A DNA stretch of 64,000 nt from Dipteris shenzhenensis. Taxonomy: Eukaryota. The stretch lies in assembly GCA_047967505.1 (NCBI GenBank), contig CM106538.1; one strand, written 5' to 3'. Position 1 is the first letter of the stretch. Each line of letters begins with the position of its first letter. Position numbers and translations under genes: made by a program. The notes beneath the pieces are model-generated. The model made no database searches. It was not told the origin of the DNA and saw only the letters and a program-made list of their open reading frames with translations. This document shows positions 23,628-38,622 of the stretch, piece by piece.

Positions 23628-25600
23628 ATGCACCTGAGATCAGGAAAAAAACTAGAACCTATCTGCTTTCGAGAGCTTTCTTCGACCGTCGCCGCTCTTC
23701 AAGAATTCAACCTCTCACCATTGACAAGCAGCATGGAGGAAATTACAATTGAAGAAGCAATAAGTAGCAACGAGCAAAGTCCTTCAGAACACCTTAAAGA
23801 ACGACGCAACTGCAACAACAACGACAATGGCAGACGACACTTTGGTAAATTGGAAATGCCAAAGTACAATGGACGAGGGGACGCCGCTAGGTTCCTTCAA
23901 CTCTTCAACGCAGCATGTTGTGTTGGAGGCGAACTAGTCAAATGAAACCAAAGCCACTTGGTTCCCAATGGCCCTAACTGATGAGGCTTTGGAATGGTAC
24001 CTCGACCTTCTTGTAGAGGAGAGAGCCACATGGGCACTGTTATCTGACCAGTTCAGAAGAAGATTCCAAACAAAAAGGCTACAAGATGACCCCGCATTGC
24101 AACTCGGCAATATAGACATGTGCAAGAACCTGGGAAGAATGAAAAGATTAATAGCAAAATGTGACCCCTGTCCAAACGACAAGTACCTCATATCATGGTT
24201 CATATCTGGCCTGAAAAAATCCATTCACAAGGATATGAAAAAAGTCAACTGCACATTTCAGCGATGCTCATGAAGCTGCAAGTGACATTGAGGATGGCAT
24301 GACCGACTCTGACAGTGACAGTGATAGCTATAAATAAATTGTCATCGCGATAAGAAAACTTCAAAGAAGGGAAGCACTTCCCTTCTTTGTGGGAAGTGCT
24401 TCCCTTCTTTGAAGATTTCTTATCGCGATGACAATTTATTTATAGCCATCACTGTCGCTGTCAAAATCGGTCATGTTGTCCTCAATGTCAATTGCAGCTT
24501 CATGAGCATCGCTGAAATGTGCATAGCTGTTGACTTTTTTCATATCCTTGTGAATGGATTTTTTCAGGCCAGATATGAACCATGATATGAGGTACTTGTC
24601 GTTTGGACAGGGATCACATTTTGCTATTAATCTTTTCATTCTTCCCTGGTTCTTGCGCATGTCTATATTGCCGAGTTGCAATGCGGGGTCATCTTGTAGC
24701 CATGACCCTAAGAGTAAAAGAAGAAATGATACAGGGCATCGAGCAAAAGTTGCATGTCTCTCAGCCACCACAGTACCCATGGAGAGAAAATATTTGGTGC
24801 CCACATTGTATGGCCAACCATACATCCAATGAATGCCCGATCTTGAGGAACACACTCAGCCCACCAGAAGTGGCTCAGCCCCCATGCTTATGGTGCCCCA
24901 TTTGCAATGCTGTAGGGCATGATGTAAATACTTGCTTCTACAATATGAGGGTATCTCAACCCTGGCCCCAACAATACCAACAACCATCGCAAATCCCAGT
25001 ATACAGACAATTGGGACTGGCACCTAATGCACAAGTGCCACATCTCAACCCACTCCCAGTGAGAACACAAGTGCCTCAACTAATGAGGAATCCCAATCCC
25101 CCACAATATCCACGAGCTCCCAATCTTGCTCCAGTAGTTTCGGTGCAACAACTCCAAACTAAAGAGCAGGAACCTCACTATGATTATGAAACAAAATACC
25201 CTATGTACTACATGGATGGTGCTGAAGGACTCATCCCAATGTATGCAAATCAAGTAAGACCCACCACATATCGAACACCCATCAAGTGTTTTGGTTGTGG
25301 AGAAAACCACCACATAGCAGAATTCCCAACCCCACTTCATTCCAACTTGTGTGCAGGGAATGTGGAGTTGGGCATGCTTGCATGGATTGCCCACTAAGAA
25401 CAAAGCCTCAGCCAACCACGAAAATAAAACCTGAAGTACCCCTGGGGATGATAAGTGTGGAAAATCACAATGTGGCAACACCAAGTGTGGCATCACAGTT
25501 GATCTTGATCATAACAAGACAACAGAAAGAAGAGGCACGGAAAAAACTCCTTTTTGCTCAAAAAGCAAAGAGCCCTCTAGCAAAACAAGCCATGCCAATC
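23628..25600 (+). pseudogene. Athila-like gag, disrupted by an inverted duplication
   Basis: MHLRSG start, MPKYNGRGDAARFL, ALTDEALEWY, WFISGL. Four knuckle-like motifs at 24795-25390. Confidence 0.85.
24077..24701. repeat. Long inverted repeat (arms 24077-24382 and 24391-24701, 8-nt spacer)
   Basis: The same gag peptide LQDDPALQLGNIDM...KDMKKVN is read on both strands. By eye the arms differ by 12 substitutions and one 5-nt indel. Confidence 0.97.
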
Positions 25601-26089
25601 CCATAACATAGTGAGACCATGCCTAGCACATCCATAGAAAGTGCCACCCAAGGAGCCAAGGAAGCATACCCCAATGCTGAAACTAAAAAGATGCTCTATC
25701 AAGCCTTGAAGCAATGGGTTCAACAAGAACAATAAAAATTTGAGGCAGACAGGATGGCAGCAGTAGAGGGGAGAGCACCATCAGCACCTAGCATTGACAC
25801 AGTGATTGATCCCAACAACTTCTAAGAGGTAATAGAACAACATACAAAACATCCCTAATTGGATGGCACCGCACTAGCAAGCTTGATAAGCTGCCCAGTC
25901 ACGATGCCAATTGGGACCTTACTAAGAAATTGCCCTACAATGTGAGAAAGTTTCAAGGGATGGATCAAATCTTCATAATACTTCCCCCCACCTGAAGAAG
26001 AGGAAAAGACAATTTTGGTAGAATTCGGTGCTTGAGATGACATAAAAAATGTAACCATCCTGCTGGAGCATAAAGCCTTTGGTCAATAC

Positions 26090-29000
26090 CTGGCAATAGT
26101 GGATGACGGAGCCCAAGTAAACATTCTAGCAAAAGAGCTATATGAACAACGGGGTCTACCTCCAATTCAAAAGGCCACATTTAAAATCTGTCTAGCTGAC
26201 CACACGAAAATGAAGCCATTAGGTATTGTTGACAATGTGTCAACAAAAATTGTGGGAGTAAGATTCACACTCCAGTTTACTATCTTGGATCTTTCCAAGG
26301 GCGCCACAGCATACCAAATATTGTTGGGAAGACCATGGCTTTGAGAAGCGTTGGTACTCCATGATTAGGGCACCAATAGGATCACTATCCAAAATAGAGA
26401 AACCGATATAAAGATAAATTTGGGAACAGGGAAAATCAAACTCACTATTCCTAGAAATGTTGAAGACACTTCTTCCACTATAGCCACCAGTCATTCATCC
26501 CTTGAACCTACCAATGCACAAAAGCCCATAGCAGGGGATACACAAAGTGACATCAACAATTGGATATAGACATTGGCTACAATAGATAATTGTAAAACAA
26601 CACATCTAATGTTGCCAGATGTGGATGCCCAAATGATACAACTAGAAGCACCAATCTGGGACGATGAATCAGAAGTTGTGGAAATGCCAGTCTTTATGAC
26701 AGGTGTCGAATGGGACAGTGACCTTGAAGAGTCCATAATAGAAGGCTACGGTGCCGACATAGAGTGGGATCTAGAAATAGAAGCTGATAATGCATCCTTG
26801 GAGGGCCAAGTATTTGACAATGACTTGGCAATCCTATAGGCACTCATGGCCATTGACTTCCCCAAGATCGACCCTCCATCACACTCCAAAGGCAACCGGT
26901 CTAGGAAAAAGGAGGGTGTATAGTGTCACAAGGCCAAGATAGAGCATTACAATGAATTCGAAAGAATGCAGACAAGAGTGGTAGAATTGTACTTAACTAA
27001 GCCCATAAAAGCACCTGAGTCCCCAAATTTTAAAATGGGATCCTAAAGGGCTTGAAGGTCTTTGTATGGCTGAAGAACCACTCCTTGGGAGTGCAACTCC
27101 TATTGAAAATCTATCACTAGTCTCACTAAGCAAAAAATTTAGAAAGTTCAAACCCAATGTGAGAATGAAGAGTGAAAAGGTCACCAGTAACAAAAAAGAA
27201 GAACGAGGGAACACAAATGAATTGGACTAAACATATTCCAGTGAAGCTAGCAGCCAAGCAAGCACCTCAAAAGGCCATGAAGGACTGAGGGAAGTGCCCG
27301 ATTACTTCAAAAACTACACTAGAGGAGAAGCAAAAATAGCAATGCCTAGGCTAGTCAGGGAATCTAAGCTCAAAGAAATAGAGAATATTGAGGATACCCT
27401 AGTTTATGAAGGACTAGCCAAAATAAGGAAACTGAATCTTGCCTTGGACGGTGAAGGAGAAAAGCTAGTATACATCAGTGAACAGCTCACTCTAGAAGAA
27501 GAAAATGAATTGAAAGCATTACTAATGGAATATAGAGATTGCATGGCTTGGTCCTACAAAGAAATGAAAGGGATTTCCCCAAAAGTTGCAGTACATACCA
27601 TACCAATAAGGGAAGGATCCAAACCAAAGGTATGTGGACCTTACAAGACAAATCCCAAGTATGGCACCCATGTCTATGAAGAACTAGAAAAACTACTGGA
27701 GGCTAGTTTCATTTATGAGATCGAGCATACCGACTGGGTGTCACCAATTGTGATTGTTCCTAAGAAAAACAAGAAGCTCAGAATATGTGTAAATCTAAAG
27801 AATGTCAATACAGCAACAATCAGAGATCATTATCCCCTACCATTAACTGAAACAGTTTTAGAAAGGGTAGTAGGATTTGAAGTGTATAACTTCTTGGATG
27901 GGTTCAGTGGGTACAACCAAGTACAAATTGCACCTCAAGATCATGAAAAGATAGCATTTGCAACAGAATGGGGTATTTTTGCATACAAAGTCATGCCATT
28001 TGGCTTATGCAATGCCCCATCTACTTTTCAAAGGGTAATGTACACCGCCTTCAAGAAATTTCTCAACAAGTTCCTACAAGTATTCCTCGACGACTTGTGC
28101 ATACACTCAAGAAAAAAGGATCACTTGCAATGCCTTGAAGAAGTGCTTAAAAAATGCAGGGAGTATGGAATCTCTTTGAATCCTCTAAAATGCCAATTCT
28201 TGGTCACATACGGAGTAGTCTTAGGACACATAGTCTCTCGACATGGGATTGCAACTGACATGGACAATATAAAGATCATCATGGAACTTCCCCCCCCGCT
28301 AAATGCCAAGGGAATTCTAGTCTTCATGGGACATGCTGCATACTATAGAAGATTCATACTGAGGTATGCCATGATTGCAAGGCCCCTATACAAGCTCCTA
28401 GTCAAATTCATTTGGACAGATGAATGCGAACAAGCATTTGAAACCCTCAAGTGGAGATTGATCACAACCCCTATTCTAATGGCACCAAATTGGGACATAG
28501 AATTTCATGTACATACTGATGGTTCCAATTATGCAGTAGGGAGTGTGTTATGTCAACCTGGCAAGCACAATAAAGACTACCCAATATACTTTGCAAGCAT
28601 ACACCTAAATGATGTGGAGGTGAATTACACCATAATAGAAAGAGAAGCCTTGGCAATGATCTACATCATGAAGAAATTTCGACACTATCTATTAGCTACT
28701 GACTTTATCTTCTACACAGATCATCAAGCCTTATTATATCTTGTGAATTGGCCATGTACCATAGGCGGGATCACTCGATGACTTCTACTGTTACAAGAAT
28801 TCAATTTCAAAATCGTGGTGAGAAAAGGAGGTCAACATTTCATTGCCGATCACATGTCACGATTGAGGACAGGAGAAGAACCAGAAGGAATAGAATATGA
28901 TCTACCAGATGCCGCATTATTTCAAATAGACGTTGTGCCTGATTGGTGTGGACATCCTTGGGTATTTAATGGCAAGAAGACCACCTCCTGAAATGAAAGC

Positions 29001-30240
29001 AATGGATGCTAGAAAACTAATTCTAAAAGCTGCACCCTATCAGCTCATTGCAAGACAACTATACAAGATGGGCAAGGACTAGGTTTGAAGGAGATGTATG
29101 ATGTCACATGAGATCATGCCAATCCTCAGTGAAGCAAATGAAGGCATTGCAAGCGGACATTTCCAAGGGGAAGCAACCACAAGAAAAGTCCTTCTCACAG
29201 GATACTGGGTGACCAACACTTTAGTCAAATGCCTATGAATATGTCAAAAGCTGTGATGTATGCCAATGAGCTTCTAAACCACAACACAAAGACTTCAATC
29301 CCCTAACAACAGTCATTGCACAAAAACCCTTTGAGAAATGGGGGATTGATTTCATGGGTCCCATCCATCCAGCAGCAAAAGGAACATAGGCACATTACAT
29401 CATTGTGGCCATAGATTACTTTACTAAGTGGGCTGAAGCTAAAGCCATCAGAAAGCCAGATGCCAAAAGCACATCAAGGTTCTTATATGAGAATGTGATC
29501 ACCCGATTTGGATGTCCCATTGAAATTGTGTCAGATAGAGGCACACATTTTGTCAATGAGGTCATCCAAGAACTCTTGTCTGGCTTTATGGTGATCCATA
29601 GAAAGAGCACACCTTACTACCCCCAAGGGAATGGACAAGCCGAATCCACCAATAAAATTCTATGTATTGTCCTCACAAAGGTAGTAGAACCAAGGCGTTC
29701 TGGTTGGGCAGAGAAACTAAATGCAGCCTTATGGGCATATAGAACCACACTCAAGGTCAGTACAAGAAATACACCTTTTCAATTAGTGTACGGCCTTGAA
29801 GCTGTGGTCCCACTGGAATTTGTAATACCTAGTCTATGCATAGCAGTACAAGAATGCATGGGAGATCATGAATCACTGAAAGAAAGACTCTACTAATTAG
29901 AGAAGCATACAAAGACCGGATTAGTTGCCTGCCATGCCATGACAATAGAAAAACGAAGAAGGAAGGCATGGTTTGATAGAAACCTCAAAGACAAAGACAT
30001 CAAAGAAGGTGACCTAGTTCTGCTACACAATACCAAAGTCCATAAGGGCAAGCTCAAATTTCTAGGTCAAGGACCCTATAGAGTCAAAAAAATGAATCCC
30101 ATCGGAGTTGTGTTGCTAGAAACACTGGATGGAGTCCAGTTCACAACAACAATAAATGGCAGCTGACTGAAGTGCTACTACATCAACATGCAAGCCATCC
30201 CTGACAATAATAAAGATTTGGGGGTCCCAAGTCTTCCATA
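26090..30240 (+). pseudogene. Athila-like pol (protease, RT, RNase H, integrase) with stops and frameshifts
   Basis: VDDGAQVNIL/LLGRPWL. ORF 27294-28781 has FLDGFSGYNQ, MPFGLCNAPSTFQR, VFLDD and HTDGSNYAVG. Integrase has CDVC, KWGIDFMGP, SDRGTHF, PQGNGQAE. GPY motif in ORF 29939-30166. Confidence 0.95.
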
Positions 30241-30699
30241 GTTATGACTAGATTGTCCCACGAGCACTCACTAGCATATGTACGCCTTCGCACATATAGG
30301 TAGTTTCATTCGATTTCAACCTAGGGCTTAGAGGTGATGACTATGTCCTAGTTGCCCTATGATTCCCTTAGAAAATTAAGCATATAGGAGGAATGCCTAC
30401 CTCACTAGTCATGCATAGCACACCCACACGTTTCGAGCACCATGAATAAATTTCACAAATAAAAGCCCCAAGAGATACTTGTTGTAAATCCACACACACA
30501 GCACCCTCATCACAAAAAGAGTAAAATGCATTAGCCACTCACAAAAGAATCATGCACTCTTGGCACATGACACTATATTGGCACTGTCAACTGGAACCTG
30601 ATTCATGTGTGCAATACCAGGGTGAAGACATCCAATAAGATGGGAAAAAGTCTACAATGCCATCGACAAAGCAACACCATGCCAAACGGCCTAAGCCTC

Positions 30700-33600
30700 A
30701 ACCTCAATAGCCCTCCTCAAATCACCAACCTAAAGAAGGACACGGTGTAGACTCACCTACCCAGAGGTCAGCACCAAAATGACCATGACTAGTGGTTCTG
30801 GACAGTGATACTGATGAGCAAATAAATCCAACATGCCAAGAAGAAATGCCACAGAACCAAGGGATACTAGAGGCAGGAGAAATTGAGCCAAAGCAATTGA
30901 CTATGCAAGATGCAGGTGTAGAACACCTTGAGGACCAGACCAACAAAGGGCTAGCAACAGATGGAACAATACAGCTTGTATGGCCACGAGTCTCAATGTT
31001 CGCAATGTCACCCAATGCATAACATCATATAAAAGCAGAGAGTTGGAGAAAGATAAGTATGGAATGGTAACATATAAAGAAAAGACCTTACAGATCTACC
31101 TTAGTAGATCCACTATGTAGGAGTCATTCTCATTTCCAAATGCATAAGAAGAATATCCAAAGAAACATTTGAATGCAAGATTCTCTTAAATTCAAGATTT
31201 ATTCCCACCTAATACAAAGTCACAAAGCGAGGGAATACGCTATGAAATGATTCTGGACCCCATATGCAAAGAGGCAGCTAAGTTTTTGGCTGACATTTTC
31301 AATCATTCAGGAGTGAGAAAAAACTTTATGTCAGTAAAAACTCTCACACTCCTTGGTAGAGCAAAACTACAAGATTGGGCTCAACACATATCCTTGCTAC
31401 TAACCAATTATGTATCCACTACCCATAATGGCAAAAGCTACATTGCCATCTTGTGGCCATAATAATTGGGTTTGCAATAGAGCAAGAGGATGGCTCTACA
31501 CTCCTAGCAACACTAGATATAGAGGACTTTGAAGCATTGATATTATCGCCAGAATCGGAATTAGACCCTCCACCTACTCTCAATGAGGACAGCATGGAAG
31601 GGCAACAATCCGAATAGACTCCAGAGAATGACAATGTGGAACTCTACCAAAGAATACTGCAACTTAGTTCAGTCTTGCTCCCGCAATAGAAGGACTCAAA
31701 CATGGAAATCCAAGAGGATACCATTCCACATAATGACTTCGCAAAAGAGCCAAATAACATACCTCTCCAGGAATCACAAGTCACCAATATTGACAACTCC
31801 ACAACTCTAGAGTCACAACCCCCAAATGTCTCTAGTGGCACCATACAATAGACTCTTGTTCAAGTCATAGATCAAAATTGCACATGGGCACATGGGAATC
31901 CACTGTATGACCAATACAAGCAAGGCCATAGTACATTCTAGGTCATACAACATCATAGCCAACAGTTACAACAATGGTCTCAATTATTTGCTACCATGGT
32001 GTCAGATGAGCAGAAAAGAGAAATGGAAAGACAAATGCTCCATCACTCCAATCCAAAGTGCAAAGTGCCGAGGTTGAAATTATGAAGCTCAAGGAAAGCA
32101 TGGCAAAACAAATGCAGCAACAACTCCTTGCACACAATGCTCTAGCAAAAAGTAGAGAGGATGCCCTACAAGCCACGGTTTCTCTCCAAGATAAACACCT
32201 ACAGCTATCCGAGGCCTTGAACCAAAAGGAATTGGTCGAGTTATCCCTCTCCCATATGCAAGCCACTTGTGATGATATCAAAAAAGAATTGGTGCAATTA
32301 AATGAAAGATTATTACTTAAAGAGGATAAGCTCCATGCCACATTAGACACAAACAATGAGTTGCAAAATAGCCTCAAAGAGGGTGAACATCAAATTCAAG
32401 CTCTAGAGAAGGAAGGCATGGAATCAAGGGAGATACTTGTGCACACCAAAGCAGAACTGGATACTCAAGAACAAGAGATACTCCAACTCCGCATGCTTAA
32501 TGATCAAGTTCCACGGCATCCAAAAGCAGCTCAACAATTCAATAGTCTAAATCTTGCATACACCTCCACATTGGGTAAGTATAAAGATAAGTGCATGGAG
32601 TGGCAAAATCAAAAAGCTATAATTTCCAAGTTGGAAATTCAACTACTAGGTCAAGCCGATGATGATGTGGAGGGGTTAGCAGAATATCTTTTGATACAAG
32701 GCATCACTACATTATACCAAGAACTTGTTGCAGTCCTCCTGTAAGGGGATCACCTTGAAGGAAGAATACGCATACTCTGGAAACACTTGAAAATCAAAAT
32801 GTTACATGCAGTATCTGGCCATGATTGGACCAGACCAGTAAGCACAAAGAATCTCCGAGATCTATGCCAGCACATGGATGAAGACAAGAGGAATGTGTTC
32901 TGTCTCTCAGTACATGCAAATCGCATACGGGTAAAGGCTGATGCAATACTACATTATGAATGCTTGATGGGAAGCCCCCCTCTTCGGGTTATAGCTAGAG
33001 TCCTACCTTTACTGCAACAATCACCAGCAACTTCCATGGGATACAACTCCCAAAAAAATCCAAAATTAAAGCTATCAATGCCTACCAAAAGTGACAGGGA
33101 TCTGCCAGAGGAATATGTAGTCTACCTTCAATCTAATCTCCCCTATCTTGCCTATTTTGATCTACTCACATCCCTATCTAACTCCAGTATTATCCTCCAT
33201 ACCTTTCCAAAAATCCATGCTAATCCATATTCCTTGCCATGCCTCTTTGCCCATGCCTCTCAACACTATCGCCTAATCCAACCCCGCGCCTAATCCAACA
33301 CTTGACAATCCATCCCTTGAGGATTATCAAGTTGCTAAGTCAATTTGTCCTGCTCTCCCTCCACTTTCCTCCACCATCCCTACTTCTAAATTCTTGAATT
33401 CACTACTTGCTTCGACTCAAGCTTTTCCCCTATAACATCTTCCTCTCCCCCAAGACCACATGTCCCTCTAATCCCCTTGAGTTTTCTATGGAAGACCCCA
33501 TTAATGATTCCATCAATAAGCTTCAAGAATTGGATGATCCAATTCGCACACCCACAAGGGACTTGCAACAAGATACAGATAGAATTCCCATGCCTGGTAA

Positions 33601-33732
33601 TCCCGTTTGTAGTTTTTGGAGGCAATACCCAAACATACACTCAAGAGGAGGATGGCACCTCTTGAGAATTTCAATGAGTATCCACCAAGCACAAATCACT
33701 CCAAACATCAGCATGAAATTGGAGCCACAACC
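30700..33732 (+). pseudogene. Decayed extra (env-position) ORF of the Athila-like element, part 1, including a coiled-coil segment at 32058-32744
   Basis: A chain of sense-strand ORFs joined by single stops or frameshifts between integrase and the PPT. Includes a Q/E/K/L-rich heptad-like segment. Confidence 0.65.
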
Positions 33733-34077
33733 TGTGAAGAGAGTGGGAGAGAAGGAAGGAGTCTCACTTCCAGCTTTCTCACATACACAATGGGGGAATA
33801 CACACAAAGGTGGAGGCTGAAAATAGTTTTCCTCTTCGTAGTTGTGAAAGCAAAAAGAACTCTCTTAGTACAAAAGAATAGGTGAACCCTATATGTGGGA
33901 ACTCAGCTAACTAAGGTGGCATACTAACTGAGCCACTAACTAAAGTACATAAAGATAGCTGTCATCCAGCTATTATTCATGGGTGGTGTACCAACCGCAT
34001 CTACAGCTAACAAGTCGGTGACATAAATGCACAATGGTCACCCTGGCATATTACGAGTGGAGCTCAATATCTCAACA
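33733..34077 (-). repeat. Copia copy 2, 3' LTR
   Basis: TG...CA termini, homologous to the copy 1 LTRs. Confidence 0.95.
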
Positions 34078-37000
34078 CTCCCCCTCGAGCTCAATCTCGA
34101 TTCCTGCACACCAAGCAGGTCTCTGAACTTGCGCAGCTTCTCTACACCCAATGCTTTCACGAATATGTCAGCTACCTGATCCTCTATGTTGACATAAACT
34201 AGATAAATAAAACCTACTAGAACCTTCTCGTGCACATAGTGATAATGCACCTCAATGTGCTTTGTTCTAGCATGATAGACTAGGTTATTTGCCAAGTGTA
34301 TACTACTCATGTTGTCACAATAAATGACAACTGGCCCATCTGTAGACTAATGCATATCATAAAGGACCTTATGCAACCAATCTGCCTCACATGCAGCCAT
34401 TGCTGCACCCCTATACTCAACCTCTTTGCTCGACAAGGAGACTATAGGCTATTTCTTGCTGCTCCAAGTGACTGTAGCACTCCCAAAAGAGAACATATAT
34501 CTGCTGATAGATCATCTATCAGAAATACTACCAGCCCTATCAGCATCACTATATCCATGCAACTATATATGAACCCCAGTCTCATAAAATAGTTCATACT
34601 GCAATGTAGACTTCACATACCTCAATATGCATCTAGCCGCATCCAAATGCGGTTTCCTTGGAGCCTGCATAAACTGACTTACCAACCCAACAGCATAGCT
34701 CAAATGTGGCCTGGTAATAGTCATATAAATTAAACTTCCTACTATGCATCTATACATAGTAGGGTCTTCTAGAAGCTCACCTGCATCTGCACTCAACTTC
34801 ACATTCTACTCCAAAGGAGCTGAAATAGGCTTATAGCCTGTCATCCCATATTTGGACAGCATGTCCAATCCATACTGCCTCTACAAGAGCCATATCCCAC
34901 TTGTGGATCTAATCAACTCAATGCGCAAGAAGTAACGCAGCTCTCCCAAATCCTTCATCTCAAACTTCTGCTTCAATAGCATTTTCACATGAAGGATATC
35001 TTCATCACTATCACCTGTGATGATCATAGCAATGACTGCTCTTGCGGTTGCCATCCTTGCAATCGGACTGAATGTTTCTTCATAATCAATGCCATATGTC
35101 TGTGCATACCCCTTGACAACTAATCTTGCCTTGTATCTGTTCACAGAACCATCTGCATTGTGCTTCACCTTATAAACCCACTTGAGCCAATTGCATTCTT
35201 GTCTTTAGGCAAAGGCACCAATTCCCATGTAGCATTTGCTTCTAAGGCATCCATTTCTTCATCCATGACTTTCTCCCATTTTTCTTTTCCCATGGCTTGC
35301 TCAAAAGAAGTGGGTTCTGGTTCATGTATCACTTTGACCATATAGGCATAGTGAATGGCTGAAAATCCATCATATTATAGCCTATCCACAGGATACCTAG
35401 CTCTGGTAGACCTACGTAAAATAGGCTCACTACCAAGTGCTCTCAAAACATCCCTTGTCTTCCTTACTTCAGGTGTAATAATAGAAGGAATACCCAACTC
35501 ATCATCAAGGCTCTGTTTTGAGCCACTGGATTCACCATCCACATAAGAGTGACCTGCATTCACATCAACCATGGGCTGATCTACTTTCTCTTTTCCTTTT
35601 CGTGATACTTGCATACCACTATCTGCATTGCTTTGAGGAGATCCTCTTGATCTCAATCTGCCTGTCCATGGCGAAGTATGCGAACCACTGCTAGAGGACA
35701 CTACAAGTCCACTAATATTTTGTGATTGCTGCTATGAATTCTATGTAGCATTACCATTTTGTGCATCTACATCATCAATCACATTTACTGGTTTATACCA
35801 GCTGCTCATCTCATAAAAAACAAACAACATCTCTGCTCACTATAAAGTTACGAGTAGAAGGGGTATAGCATCTATACCCTTTCTGATGCAGAGAATAACC
35901 AATAAATATGCACTTCTCAGCTTTTGGATCCAACTTGGATCTCAACTCATCTGGCACATGAACATAGGCAATGCAACCAAAAACTTTCAAATGAGAAATA
36001 TCTGGTTTCCTACCAGTATACCTGTCCTCTGGCGTCATGCCATGTATTGCTGTAGTGGGAGTCCTGCTCATTATGTAGACTACTATAGCAACTGCTTCAA
36101 CCCAATAATAATCTGGCAGGTCTTTTTCGTTGAGCATGGCATGAGATACCTCTCCAATATGCCTGTTTTTCCTTTCTGCAAGTCCATTTTGCTGTGGGGT
36201 ATGACTGCATCAATATTGCTGCTTTATGCCATGCTCCTACAAGATACTTGCAAACTCATTTGAGAGGTACTCTCCCCCTCCATCTGACCTTAGGCATTTT
36301 ATTTGCAGGCCTGTTTCTTTTTCAACCATAGCTTTAAAAGCTTTGAAATGGCCAAACACTTCACTTTTCTTTTTCATAAAATACACCCAAACTTTTATGC
36401 TGTAGTCATTAATAAAAGTGACAAAACAATGACAGCCTCCAATAGATGTAGCTTTAGTAGTCCACACATCAGAGTGGATTAAATCCAATGGCCTCTTACT
36501 CTCTTGAACATGTCTAGGAAATGGTTTCGTTGCCTGTTTTCCAAATTGACAGGCTTCACATACCTTTATGCATTTCTGCAACCTTGAACTTAGGCAATCC
36601 TGCAACAATATTTTGGGCCTGCACTAATTTAAGTCACTGTACATTAACATGACCAATGCGTTTATGCCAGATATCAATATCTACAACTACACCGGTCCCA
36701 TGTGCAAACATTGCTGCACTCAATTCAGGCATGTCTGCATCCAACGTAAACATCCTGCCCTTCTTCTTCCCTTTTGCTATCAAGCGACCTTTATTTTTCA
36801 ACAAAGCATCCATGAGGATTAAATCTAACCTGCAAGCCCTGCTCAACCATTTGACCAACAGAAACCAGGTTCTTGGTGATATTTGAGACATGAAATACAT
36901 CAGACACGTATTTCTTTTTTCCATCCTGCATAGACAAAGGAATTTTACCAATTTGCACAATAGGATGTGTATTATCATCACCTTTCCATTTTCCTTGCAT

Positions 37001-38622
37001 CTTGCATCCATTCCGCATGACCTATCATGTAGTTTGATGCACCTGAGTCAACATACCACACATCATTGCTTTCTTCTGCACTTGTCACAGAATTGGTCAT
37101 GTGCTACACCATAAACAAATGCTCATTTCTGTCATCACCCTATCTACTAGAGGATGCATAATTGCCTTGTTGCAATGTTCCAGTCATGATGTCATTCTGG
37201 CTTTTATAGCAGTCTGTAACCATATGACCCATTTTACCACAGTAGTAGCATTCAACATTGCTGTTTGTATTTTGGCCTCTTTGCCATCCACCATGACCTC
37301 TTTGGCTCCCCCTACCTCTAAAGTTACCATGTCCTCCTCCATAGGACTGGTTTTCTTGAATTTGCTGCATATTATGATTTCTGCCATGGCCTCCAGATCT
37401 CGGCCTGCTCTACCTCTGCCTCTACCTCTTCCAGCATTTGAGTAGGAGACAGCTTCTTTTGAAGTTCCTCCTGAAGAAGATGCACCACCATTTCTCTGCT
37501 CTTCAGAAATTAGAAGAGCAATCAACTCCTCAAAATCAACAAAATTCTGACGGAGGGCAATGGATGTCCAGAATTGTGCATAATCCTTTCCTAGACCATT
37601 CAAGGTCACAGAAACTAAATCATCATCTTCCACTGGTGACCTAATAGAAGCAAGTGCATCTGCAATCTTGTTCACCTTCGTGTGGTAGTCATTGATGCTC
37701 ATATTTTCTCTCTGCACATTATGCAACTCTTGCTTGAGCTACATTTTCCTGGCTTGCGTATTTGTGCTATACATTTTTGTCAAAGTATCCCATGCCTCCT
37801 TCGGCATGCTTACATCCTAAATATGCACAATCATAGAATCTAAAATACTGATAGACAGCCAGTACGTAACTTTTTTGGCTCTCTCATGCTAGCCTTTAAA
37901 TGCCTGCAACTCCTATTGATTGGGAACATTAGGAATAACTGGTTCTTGTTCAGCTCCAGTAATGAACTCCCAATAGCCTTTTCCCTTAAGGAAATTCGTC
38001 ATTCTAAACTTCCATGCTTGGAAGTTGTTCTTGTCAAGCTTTTCAGTGACAATCTGTGAAAGAGCATCAGACGCCATTACAGAACACTGCAAAATATTCT
38101 GTCACTGCAAAAAAACACAACTTCTGCCTCATAAGGGCAAATCTGTAAAACTGACGAAAGTGGCATTTGACCACACAGTCACTCTTAGTGACGATTATGC
38201 ATCAACAGGCAATAAGAATGATTCTGTCACTCCTAATATCTTTGCGTAGAGGCATACGATGTAATTTCTACGATAATTTTTCACCGTCCTTTAGAACAGT
38301 GGTCGCACAACAAAAACAGGGTACTTCCCTGAGCACTTGCAAAAAACTTCCGCCACCAAAACAGGCCCCGAAATGGCCTCGAATTAAAAATAATAATGTC
38401 ACCAAGGGATTTGCCCTTTATCGCAGCATATACTACCCTCTCGCCACACCGCAAAGGGCGTCCCAATTGGAGATAGTGCACTCTTGCACTTTCCGGCTGT
38501 GCTACCTACAGAGATTTGCTCCCAAACTCGAAAAAGGAAAGCAACACTAATCCTCTTACCAAGACACCGCAAACTTGGTTTGCTTTCTTGAGCTCCTTAC
38601 CACGAATCGAGCTTTGATACCA

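Noticed and set aside
24436-24855. Independent minus-strand gene
   Set aside because: It is the inverted arm of the gag duplication.
27294-28781. Functional RT/RNase H gene (495 aa ORF)
   Set aside because: The flanking gag, protease and integrase have many stops and frameshifts, so this is a surviving piece of a dead polyprotein.
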